This document shows positions 23,325 through 32,479 of a stretch of 64,000 nt of DNA, piece after piece. Source of the stretch: Naegleria gruberi (taxonomy: Eukaryota); NCBI GenBank assembly GCA_000004985.1, contig GG738892.1, one strand, 5' to 3'. Position numbers and translations under genes: made by a program. How positions within the stretch are numbered: position 1 is the stretch's first letter; each line of letters begins with the position of its first letter. The notes beneath the pieces are model-generated. The model was not told the DNA's origin and ran no database searches. It saw only the letters and a program-made list of their open reading frames with translations.

Positions 23325-26141
23325 TTAAAAGTGAAGATCCAAACCAGAAACATCACCAATTTCACTATCGTCGACTAAATTGATATTTTCAGTATCAACC
23401 TCATCATCAGAGCTAAAATGGGCAGCATCCTCAAAGTCTTCCTTATCAGTATTGTTGTATTTTGTTTCTGGGAGCTTTAAAGTTGATTTTTTAGGTGTTT
23501 CAACCATACGTTGTTTTGTCTTTTGTTCTGGTTTTTCTGTGACCTCAGAAACAGTTCTCTTCTTTGAAGATTCTGGTTCCTTTTCCACTTCCTTGGTCTT
23601 TTTAAGCACATCCTTGAGTTTGTTCAATCTTCCTTCAACAGCTGTAGAAGCAGCCTTTAGGACTTCCTTGACAGGTTCTTCTTGTTCTTCTTCGTCGTCT
23701 TCCTTAGTGTTTTTAAGCACGTGCTTAAGTTTGTTCAATCTTCCTTCAACAGCCTTAGAAGCAGCCTTTAGGACTTCCTTGACAGGTTTCTCTTGTTCTT
23801 CTTCGTCATCTTGCATTTGTTCTTCTTGACTTGATTCTTCCTCAGCTTGTTCTTCCTCTTCATCTTCGCTTTCTTGATTTTCAGACAATGACATTAATCT
23901 GTTGGCAAATCGTGATTGACTATCATTTTCGTGAATTTGACTCTTTCTAGAATTGACAGACGATTCATTTACAGATTCTGCAGAAGGAACATACAATGGA
24001 GCAGACTTTGGATGCAAAAAGCTTTCAAAGATATTAAGACCCATCATTGAAGAAGAGACAATTTCTGGAATGGCACTTGATTTACCTCTTTGAAGAGCAT
24101 TCAAAGCAATAGTTGTGAATGGGGATTGTGTATGAACGGATGAAGTAGATAAAAGGGATGGAACAAGAGCATCGTACATGGCTGTAATAATCGGTATTAA
24201 ATCTTCATGATAACTTTTAACTTGTGAAGCACTGTAAATTGAAATGTTACTTGTCGAGAAGAATTCATCCAATTCATGCCACTTGTTAATAAATCCGAGA
24301 GAATTTGTAATAAAGTCAACCAATGTTGAAAGAACGTCAACAACTGAATTTTCAGCCTCAGAAGCTGATCTGTATCGTGAAGAGTCAACTTGACGAGTTG
24401 TTGACACAAGAACACTAGTATTATTCATCATATGTTGAATACACTTGAGTGTGACAAACACAACTCGAGAGTATTGAGAGAAAATTTCTGGATTCAAAAT
24501 CAAATCATCTTCAACCTTCATAACCTTCTTCTTCTTCTTTTTCTTCAATGAGAGCTCGTAATTTTCAACATGATTTTGTTGTTGTAATTGAGTGAGTGGA
24601 AGTGAAAATACTTGATGATCAACAAAGTGAGTAAATTGAGAAATAATATCCACCAAGTGAGGTAAAACAACTTGAGTACATTTTTCACTGACTTTGGCGC
24701 CATGTTTGGCAGTCATGATTGATAAACATCTCATCAATTCCTTATAAACTTCAAAGTATGGTTCACTGTTGCAATAGTCACACAAAGCTATCAGCATTGA
24801 GCTCTTCCAATTTCTAGTTTCAGTAACAAGAATTTGACAAATACTGTTCATATATGGGAGTAATTGTTCTCCACCCAAATTAATCAAGGCAGAGAGTGAC
24901 TTTAAGCATTCAGAGTGAATGGTTGGAAGGATGACTGCGTAGAAAGAGGATTGTAATTTGGTACCATCAGTTGTGGTTGTGTACAAGATTGATCTGATTT
25001 CCTTGTTTGGTTTTTGCAAAACTTGAGTAGAAATAGCTTGAAGGAGGAAAGCTTCTTGAAGGACTCTATTAATCAAAAGTTGGGTGTTAATGTTAAGAGT
25101 GAAAGGATAAGCTGTAGTGAGGGCTCTTTGTAACATTGTGCTGTAAACCTTGAAAAGTTGACAGAATTCCAAAGGAGAGAGAATGGTATCTTCCAAAGGA
25201 GCTGGTTCTTCGCTATCCTTATTGGATGGATTCAAATTAAAAATCTTTTGAATATGTTCCAAGTGAGCATCAGCAATGTCATCCTTACGGCCACCGTATA
25301 ATAAATCTCTTGGATCTGGATAGATGAGTTTGTAACATTCGTTAATCAAAAATTGGAGAACGTGACATGTTAGTTCAATGAAACTCTTGTGAGCTTCTTG
25401 TTGATTAGTTTCGAAATAACACAAAACTGAAGCAACCATAGCCTTCAAAAATACAATATTATTGGTCTGTTCTCTCTTTCCTTTCAATGTTGAAATAAGT
25501 CCTGACAAGGATTCTAGATAGGATGTACCAGCAACTGTATTTTCCAATTCATTGATTGATTTTTCTTTTGTTATCTCCTTACAAAGATATGAAGAAATTG
25601 ATTTCAAATCATCAAAAGGACCTCCCTTTTGAGTTGTGATAACCTTAAGACCATTTCTCAATAATCCATTATGTAAAATTTCAAAAATCAAAGTTAAACA
25701 ATCTTCAATTGAAGCATAATTCTTATCTGAAGCATTTTCCATAGCTTTAACACATTTAATGAGCATATTCAATCTCTTTTTAGTTTCTCTTTGAACATCT
25801 TCAAAATTCAAAGTTTGATATTGTTGTTTTTGAAGAACTTGTGTTCTCTTCTTTCCACCATCAAGAATTTCCAAAATATCCTCCTTTTTAAGTGGCACAA
25901 ACTCTCCCCAAGCTTCCGACTCTTTCTTTTCAATCTTTGGTTGTTTTTGTGTACTAGATGAAAGAACTGATTCATCAAGTGTACTTTCTAAATTATCAAT
26001 CTTTGAAAAAAGGTCACGGAAGCTTTGAATAAGTAATTTTTGGGAATTTCCATCCGAAGAAGCATTCAAAGAAGTTGATGATGACATTTTTTTGTTGCAA
26101 CTTTTTTTGAAGCCTTTTTTTATTGAATTTATTTTCATCAT
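23325..26141 (-). CDS. hypothetical large protein (938 aa) with a helical/HEAT-like body and an acidic C-terminal tail carrying a 37-aa tandem repeat
   Basis: Long uninterrupted ORF with coding-like composition. The C-terminus is rich in E/D/K. No recognisable catalytic motif. Confidence 0.5.
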   Translation of the reverse strand: MMKINSIKKGFKKSCNKKMSSSTSLNASSDGNSQKLLIQSFRDLFSKIDNLESTLDESVLSSSTQKQPKIEKKESEAWGEFVPLKKEDILEILDGGKKRTQVLQKQQYQTLNFEDVQRETKKRLNMLIKCVKAMENASDKNYASIEDCLTLIFEILHNGLLRNGLKVITTQKGGPFDDLKSISSYLCKEITKEKSINELENTVAGTSYLESLSGLISTLKGKREQTNNIVFLKAMVASVLCYFETNQQEAHKSFIELTCHVLQFLINECYKLIYPDPRDLLYGGRKDDIADAHLEHIQKIFNLNPSNKDSEEPAPLEDTILSPLEFCQLFKVYSTMLQRALTTAYPFTLNINTQLLINRVLQEAFLLQAISTQVLQKPNKEIRSILYTTTTDGTKLQSSFYAVILPTIHSECLKSLSALINLGGEQLLPYMNSICQILVTETRNWKSSMLIALCDYCNSEPYFEVYKELMRCLSIMTAKHGAKVSEKCTQVVLPHLVDIISQFTHFVDHQVFSLPLTQLQQQNHVENYELSLKKKKKKKVMKVEDDLILNPEIFSQYSRVVFVTLKCIQHMMNNTSVLVSTTRQVDSSRYRSASEAENSVVDVLSTLVDFITNSLGFINKWHELDEFFSTSNISIYSASQVKSYHEDLIPIITAMYDALVPSLLSTSSVHTQSPFTTIALNALQRGKSSAIPEIVSSSMMGLNIFESFLHPKSAPLYVPSAESVNESSVNSRKSQIHENDSQSRFANRLMSLSENQESEDEEEEQAEEESSQEEQMQDDEEEQEKPVKEVLKAASKAVEGRLNKLKHVLKNTKEDDEEEQEEPVKEVLKAASTAVEGRLNKLKDVLKKTKEVEKEPESSKKRTVSEVTEKPEQKTKQRMVETPKKSTLKLPETKYNNTDKEDFEDAAHFSSDDEVDTENINLVDDSEIGDVSGLDLHF
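23560..23800. repeat. tandem direct repeat, 2 x about 111 bp, in-frame inside CDS 23325..26141
   Basis: ccttggtctttttaagcacatccttgagtttgttcaatcttccttcaacagc... (about 23591) recurs at about 23702 with a few substitutions. It encodes EEQE(K/E)PVKEVLKAAS(K/T)AVEGRLNKLK twice. Confidence 0.7.
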
Positions 26142-26299
26142 TAAAATTCTTCTCCAGCTCCCTGATGATGAATCTAAATAATAGAGAATAAGAGAAGAAC
26201 TCGCAACAATTGTACATATAACATTCCAATTTTATCTTCCTATCTGTTTCATATGTAAAATAAGAAAAATCAAATTGATAGAAGGAGAGGACAAGAATT

Positions 26300-28000
26300 T
26301 TGATAGAGAAAAAAAGAATGTCCACAACAGAATCATCATCAACTCCATCAACAACAGCAAAACCCACAACAGACCAAGTTTTCAAACAATTCCTTCAACA
26401 ATCCAAGACTAAAAAGGAGGAACAAGCATCAGCGGCAAATCAATCATCATCTAATCGATTTGGAGGAAGAACTCTATCTTCTCTCATTGTGGAAAATTCT
26501 CTTCCGAAGAGTGCTCTTGGTAGTGATGATGTAAAACCAACAACATTTACTGAGGAAGAATTGGATAGGGATGATACCTTTACTCGTGTTCAGAAGAAGT
26601 ATCACTTGAGAAATGTCTACCGATTGATGAATATGTGGAGCAAGTGTTCTTCATTACCACAGGAACCAATCCCAAATCATCCCTTTGTTACAAATCAGAA
26701 GAGTTTGGATGTATTGAAATTGGCTTGTAATGTGAGTGGTATGCTAGATAGGAATGAATCATTGAATCTTGCCAATAGATGTCTTCCATCAACTGTAACA
26801 ATTAATGCAATTTGTGGACTGAATGCACAAAATGTTTTGACAAAGGAAGAAGCTTTGGATATGATTACTCAATGTTCGGATTGTTTGGAAGGAAATGATA
26901 GAAATACACAAGCTATGAAACAAGTTTATTTGGAAACAACAGAAATGATTCAAGAACCAACATCTCTCAATGCCTTCCTTCCAAAAGTAAGCTCAATATT
27001 ATCATTTGTTTCAGATGTGGATGGAATGACTGAAGGTCCACAAGCTGAAAAGAGAGAACTATTTGCTGTGAATACTCATCATGACAGCAATAAGAAAATT
27101 ATTTCTAAATTGAAGTTTGCACAAGCAAATTTCTTCAAACCAGAATTCAATGAAATGAGCAAATGCTTGGAAGAGAATGAAAATAATGTAAATAAGTGTA
27201 AATTTGAAACTATGAACTATACAACTCAAACGAGAGCTGTTGCCTGCAGTCGAGAAATCTCACAATGTTTGGATAATTTTTCCTCAATTGCAGCCAAATT
27301 ACATGATTACCAAAAGAGACATACTAAATCGGGAGCAGCCATAGGATTTGGATCCACTTTTAACAGAGAAGAAGAGGAGGAGGATATTTTTGGAGATGAA
27401 GAGGAGAAGAAACCTACAACAGTAAAACAAAAGAAACAACAAAAGAAATCCAAAATACCTGAACCAGTTGTTACTACTCCACCACCTACTGTGGATGAAG
27501 ATGCAAACGATGAGGGTGATGATGGAGTTTTTGGAGCAGACAATGAAGATTACAATGATTCATATAACAGTAGTTCAGTAATTAATTCGAGTAGAAATAG
27601 AGAAAGGAAAAATACTAGTACAAGTAGCAGCAGTATCATTGGAGGACTTTTCTCATCGAGTAACATTCTGAAAGCTTCACAAAAGCAAAAAGAATACGAA
27701 GAAACGATTGAATTTGTTGGAAATTCTGATAGTGCAGCATTTGAAACAACTCCAAAAGAATCCAAAAATGAAATACCAACCAAAGATGACATGGACAATA
27801 TTGAAAGAACCACCATGGAACGATTCACTAAATGCATGTCTCTCTATCAACCTACCATTTCATGTTTAAGGAGAGTTGATAAGGCTCTCCAAAACTCCCT
27901 ATCAAGAGCTCAACGTGCCAATGGAAAAAAGAAGAAAAAAGCCAAGAAACCTAAAAGCCCCTCTGAGCAAATGTATCACTTTGCGGACGAGGATGAATAA
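26300..28000 (+). CDS. hypothetical Ser-rich protein (566 aa)
   Basis: Single long ORF with coding-like composition, several scattered Cys and an acidic/Ser low-complexity C-terminal third. No recognisable domain. Confidence 0.5.
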   Translation: MIEKKRMSTTESSSTPSTTAKPTTDQVFKQFLQQSKTKKEEQASAANQSSSNRFGGRTLSSLIVENSLPKSALGSDDVKPTTFTEEELDRDDTFTRVQKKYHLRNVYRLMNMWSKCSSLPQEPIPNHPFVTNQKSLDVLKLACNVSGMLDRNESLNLANRCLPSTVTINAICGLNAQNVLTKEEALDMITQCSDCLEGNDRNTQAMKQVYLETTEMIQEPTSLNAFLPKVSSILSFVSDVDGMTEGPQAEKRELFAVNTHHDSNKKIISKLKFAQANFFKPEFNEMSKCLEENENNVNKCKFETMNYTTQTRAVACSREISQCLDNFSSIAAKLHDYQKRHTKSGAAIGFGSTFNREEEEEDIFGDEEEKKPTTVKQKKQQKKSKIPEPVVTTPPPTVDEDANDEGDDGVFGADNEDYNDSYNSSSVINSSRNRERKNTSTSSSSIIGGLFSSSNILKASQKQKEYEETIEFVGNSDSAAFETTPKESKNEIPTKDDMDNIERTTMERFTKCMSLYQPTISCLRRVDKALQNSLSRAQRANGKKKKKAKKPKSPSEQMYHFADEDE

Positions 28001-28141
28001 ATCCACTAATTTATCTCAATATGAGAAATATCAAATCTTAATCGGGGAAATTGATATTTCACAAGACGAATTGCCAGCAAATAGTTTAGGTTTTCAGTTC
28101 ACTAGTTGGTGAGTTATTACTTTTCACAAATCACATAAAAA

Positions 28142-28587
28142 ATGTCTTCAAGTGTTACTCTCTCTGTTGATGGAAGTATGTTGTTTAATCTTTGATTTTA
28201 ATTGACTGAAATGATGACAATTATTTGAAATATTAACTAACGTTGCACTGATAAATATTATGTGATGATGCTTGATTATTATTGATTATTATGATGACCA
28301 TTTTGATCCGATCACAGTGTCCTGCGAAGGTAAGAAGAAGATTTTTACTCTCAATATTGAAATTAATAATCATCAAACAATACTGTTCAATAATATATTC
28401 ATTGAAAATTAAAACAGGATGTGCTGGAAGTGTTTCCAAAATTCTCCAACGTGTTCCAGGAGTTGTAAATGTTGTTCAAGTTAGTGTCAAGGAAAAGAAT
28501 GCCAAAGTTAATGTTGATGAATCATTCAAGGCTGAAGATGCTGTTCAATCTCTTGGAAAAGCTGGTTTTACTGCCAAGCAATTGTAA
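28142..28587 (+). CDS. ATX1: ATX1/ATOX1-type copper metallochaperone (HMA domain), three exons including a 12-nt micro-exon (about 28142..28175, 28318..28329, 28418..28587)
   Basis: The spliced product is MSSSVTLSVDG-MSCE-GCAGSVSKILQRVPGVVNVVQVSVKEKNAKVNVDESFKAEDAVQSLGKAGFTAKQL. The MxCxGC metal-binding motif is assembled across the GTATGT..CAG and GTAAGA..ACAG introns. The fold is the characteristic beta-alpha-beta-beta-alpha-beta ferredoxin-like one and the length is about 72 aa. Confidence 0.7.
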
Positions 28588-29559
28588 ATTGTTAAATAAT
28601 ATATTTAAATGTTAATAGATATTGTAAATTAAAGTAAAGAATAAAATTCTTTCCAATCGTCTTCAAGTCGTCTTCAATTATCATCAACATTGAGTAATAA
28701 TTAAACTATTATTTGAGTCTGGAGGTTCTGATTTTCCACACAGAATGCCTTTATAGACGTCATTTGTCAAGACATATCAAAAGGACTTTGGTAAATCAAG
28801 AGCCAAAAAAATTGTTAGAAGAATTAACACTTTATCTTCTCACCATTGCAACATCATCTCCTTTGAAAATCATAAATTCTTTAGAGAATCCAAATCAAAT
28901 CGATGAGTCAACAATTCTCTCCAAGAAACATTCCCTCTCGATTATTAATTGATGTCAATGCTTCCCGAACCACCACCACTACCAGTGGAGGAGGGATTGC
29001 CATTATTAATAATAACAACAATAATAGTCCTCTCCTTTCGGGTACTCCAAGAATCAATTATCCACCATCACCAACAACAATTTCATTATTGGAAGAATCA
29101 ATGTTTAAAATTCCCCTCTCACCAAAGCAAATAGGTTAGTTTCGAGTGATGATTTTTCAAATATTAATTTTCTGTTAATTTCTACTGTTGCTACCATCTA
29201 TGTCCATTGCTTCACTTTGTTAAATTCATATAATTAATATTTTATCGATTAATTGGTGATATCTTTGACAATCGATTTGACATGTACCCTCTCATATTCT
29301 TATTAAAAAAATAACGACGCTTTAAATCACCTTTACTGTGCGTGGTATGATTGGTTCATTCCGCTTTCTCTGAACCACCACGACAAATCATTTTTTCTTC
29401 CACACAACAACTCTACTCAATCCTATCAACTACAACAATTTTGTCTTTTTTGTTTTTGCAAAATTGTGTGCTGATTTGTTTCTCTGACTACAATTCTCTT
29501 TGCCGCCAAATTTTAAAAACAAATTTGTAACGGACCATTTTCTATCTATTTTACGTTTC

Positions 29560-29815
29560 TTTTGATTGATACAACAATATATATATTAACGTGGTATCCC
29601 ATTCCCTTTTTCCTGCCTATTCCTACTACTATTTTCTTCCATTTTCCCCTCTATTACTCTATTATTATTTTGATTATTATTATTATTTGTTATTATAATT
29701 TATTATCTATTACAACATCAACAACAACAACATTCCTTCGATTTATACTGCTTGCTCTTTTTCCTCCCCCAACAAAACTGTACCCTATAATTATTACCAA
29801 TCAACAATAACAACA
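29560..29815 (+). promoter_or_regulatory. strand-asymmetric polypyrimidine (C+T-rich) tract immediately upstream of the ATG at 29818; putative core promoter / 5' UTR
   Basis: About 250 nt made almost entirely of C and T on the coding strand (tcccattccctttttcctgcctattcctactactattttcttcc...ctttttcctcccccaac), ending 3 nt before the start codon. Confidence 0.4.
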
Positions 29816-29817
29816 TC

Positions 29818-31440
29818 ATGATAAACACAACACAACAACAACAACAACCTAAATCTGCTAAATTACTAGATGCCACCAATAAGATTCAAGCCATTCTCGA
29901 TAAACAATTTGATAAGCTGCCAGTGACCAAAGATATTCCAAGATTACTGAAGAAGATTTATTTGATTTCTCCCAAGACAAGATCAGAACAAGCCGAAGAA
30001 GCACACGATGAATCTCTTGCCAATCAACAACAAGAAGATTCTTGGAAACACAAAACCAACATTTCCTTTAATCCTGAAAACCATTCAGATCTTATCACTC
30101 CTGATGACATTCCAAAAGAAATTATATTCTATCAATTCATTGAATCAATAGTGAAAGATGTGTTAAATTCAACCGATCAATTTAATCTTCCAACTTATGA
30201 AGAATATATTTCACACATTGATTTCAATGATCATCGTACTCTCAACAATTATTTGATGCATGCCGTAAAATTTGGAGATTTGGATTTGACAACACCAACT
30301 GAGTCGGAACCTCCAACTGGAAAGGATGAAAACAAGAATCATCTTTTACTTCTCCTCAAATGTTGTCAACAAACTATTGTCATCAATGTTCTGATGGGAT
30401 TACGTGAATTTACAATGAAACATAAGATTCATTTCAAGGATGCTCGTGGTGCTTGGCGTATTTATATTGGTTCTGATAGTCCAAATATTTCAACTTCCTA
30501 CTCTTCATTCTATGTTGCTCATGAACGTTCTGAACAACTATATATGAAACGTCTAGATTGGATGCAACAATACGGAATATCTGATGAAGAATTGGTCAAA
30601 CTTGAAGAAAACGATCCAAGAGAACAAGTCAACTTTGCTAAAGCAGCTATGAAACAATTATTCCAATTTAAGTGGCAAATCAAATTGTGTTTTTCAAAAG
30701 ATGTTGATGGTAGTGATTTCACATTAACACATGTCAATATTTCTCTCCTTGGTATTGATTACAGCAATGAAGATTTAACAGTCAGTCACCAAAAGTATTG
30801 TGAAAAGGAAGTTTCTTTATTGGAACAATACTTTAATATGTTTAAATCTCAAAGTCAAAATGTATCATCACCAATGAGTGCATCATCTGACAATGTGTTC
30901 ACTCCAAGTACACTTGAATTCTCAAAGATAAGTCTTGGAAGTCCATTCAACTCTCCAAGGACGCCTGGTACAGTTAGCAGTCCATCGACTACTGTTAAGC
31001 CATCACCTCTCACAAAACATATTGTGACGACGATTGCTTCACCAGAGGATAACTCTGAATCAAACACAGTTGTAATAACAAATAATAACAATAATAATAA
31101 TACGACATCATCTGTAGTAGTGGAAAATAGAGAGCAGGAAAAAGAGGTTAGTGAAACTGATACTTTAATTTTTAAATCTTCTAACAAATCTTCTTCAACA
31201 CATAACAATTTTGATAATAGCCAAACTCAAATACTGAAAACTAGAGAGTACGGGTCAACTAGCTCAAACCATTCTGATAATGTTCATATTTCAGATATTT
31301 CGAATGAAAATGTTTTATTTTGCATACCACGATCGTTACTAGTGGCGATCCCTGTTGTTGGTAGTTTATTTTCAAAAGTATCCAAATCAGCTCTATCCAA
31401 AGAACAAGACACTGAAGAGAAAAAACTGCTTGATAATTAA
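29818..31440 (+). CDS. hypothetical protein (540 aa) with an N-terminal poly-Q and a C-terminal Ser/Thr/Asn-rich tail
   Basis: Long ORF with coding-like composition and a globular middle region (...ARGAWRIYIGSD...). No motif I can name with confidence. Confidence 0.5.
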   Translation: MINTTQQQQQPKSAKLLDATNKIQAILDKQFDKLPVTKDIPRLLKKIYLISPKTRSEQAEEAHDESLANQQQEDSWKHKTNISFNPENHSDLITPDDIPKEIIFYQFIESIVKDVLNSTDQFNLPTYEEYISHIDFNDHRTLNNYLMHAVKFGDLDLTTPTESEPPTGKDENKNHLLLLLKCCQQTIVINVLMGLREFTMKHKIHFKDARGAWRIYIGSDSPNISTSYSSFYVAHERSEQLYMKRLDWMQQYGISDEELVKLEENDPREQVNFAKAAMKQLFQFKWQIKLCFSKDVDGSDFTLTHVNISLLGIDYSNEDLTVSHQKYCEKEVSLLEQYFNMFKSQSQNVSSPMSASSDNVFTPSTLEFSKISLGSPFNSPRTPGTVSSPSTTVKPSPLTKHIVTTIASPEDNSESNTVVITNNNNNNNTTSSVVVENREQEKEVSETDTLIFKSSNKSSSTHNNFDNSQTQILKTREYGSTSSNHSDNVHISDISNENVLFCIPRSLLVAIPVVGSLFSKVSKSALSKEQDTEEKKLLDN

Positions 31441-31557
31441 GCAACACTAGTAAACATATTAATGTATTATAATATTTAAATTATCTAGTTTATTCTTCTC
31501 TGTTTAGATTTTAATCTAAATTCGAAACATTCACAAATTAAATAAGAAAATTCCAAT

Positions 31558-32085
31558 TTAATCTTGTTTCTTTTCTGCTTCAACATTGACAGGCAAGTCA
31601 TTTCTTCCACGTTCAATATATGAAATGAAAGCAACTAGTAAACCAATAACTAATTGCACTACTTCAAATTTAACAATTTCTTGCAACTCCGAAGACAAAG
31701 TATCATGCGGATTATTCTTTGTAATGTAATGAATTTTAACAGATGTTGTAATAATCATCACCAAAGACATGACAAACAATAACATGGATCTTCTCTTGAA
31801 GAACAAGGCTAAAAATCCTAAAATTCCCAAAACCATATAAATCCAACCCAATTGTGTAAGTAAAAGAGAAAGAATTCCTACAATTTTCGTTGATCCTGGT
31901 GTAGTAACTGGATCCGATTCAAAAATTACCATCGACTGAATAGCATTTTCTGTATAATTTACATATCCAAATCCGCTGATGAAAAAATCCAAACACATTA
32001 ACAAGACGAATACTCCATTCATAAATCTTTGAAAACCCGAAAATGCAGGTCGAGGAGTGATAAGTTGCGGTTGATTTTGAGCCAT
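31558..32085 (-). CDS. hypothetical multi-pass (about 4 TM) membrane protein
   Basis: The 175-aa ORF has four hydrophobic helices (VFVLLMCLDFFISGF, IVGILSLLLTQLGWIYMVLGILGFLALFF, LLFVMSLVMIITT, VVQLVIGLLVAFISYI). Confidence 0.5.
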   Translation of the reverse strand: MAQNQPQLITPRPAFSGFQRFMNGVFVLLMCLDFFISGFGYVNYTENAIQSMVIFESDPVTTPGSTKIVGILSLLLTQLGWIYMVLGILGFLALFFKRRSMLLFVMSLVMIITTSVKIHYITKNNPHDTLSSELQEIVKFEVVQLVIGLLVAFISYIERGRNDLPVNVEAEKKQD

Positions 32086-32284
32086 TTTTTAATTTCAATT
32101 TATTTAATTTTTTATATTTATTTTTAATGTTAAAAAAATGTCTCCAAAACTGTGATTATTTTCTAGATGATTAAAATAGATGGAAACATGAAATTTCAGA
32201 AATAGATAACTTAACATGTCTACTTTTATTAATAAAAAGTTGAATTATTGAAGCTTTTTAGATACAAAATAAAAAATAAATTCT

Positions 32285-32355
32285 TGCGTCGACCGGGAAT
32301 TGAACCCGGGTCACGGCGATGGCAACGCCGTATTCTACCACTAAACCATCGACGC
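32285..32355 (-). tRNA. tRNA-Gly (anticodon GCC)
   Basis: The reverse complement reads GCGTCGA-TG-GTTT-AGTGGTAGAAT-A-CGGCG-TTGCCAT-CGCCG-TGAC-CCGGG-TTCAATT-CCCGG-TCGACGC-A. It forms a canonical cloverleaf with a 7-bp acceptor stem, a GTGG D-loop, a TTCAATT T-loop and the anticodon GCC. Confidence 0.85.
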
Positions 32356-32479
32356 TTCTCATATAAACTAATTCGTATCTACTCATTTAAATCAACCACA
32401 AAAGACAAAATAGAATCACGTTTGAGAATTCCCAACTGTTTAAAAATAATAAATTAATAAAAAAAATAAACACTTCGGA

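Noticed and set aside
28282-28587. The 101-aa contiguous ORF from the ORF track as the ATX1 coding sequence
   Set aside because: Its N-terminal 45 codons read through an intron and lack the MxCxxC motif. The three-exon model restores a canonical metallochaperone.
32248-32457. ORF 32248..32457 (+)
   Set aside because: It overlaps the tRNA-Gly gene on the opposite strand and has no coding-like features. Spurious.
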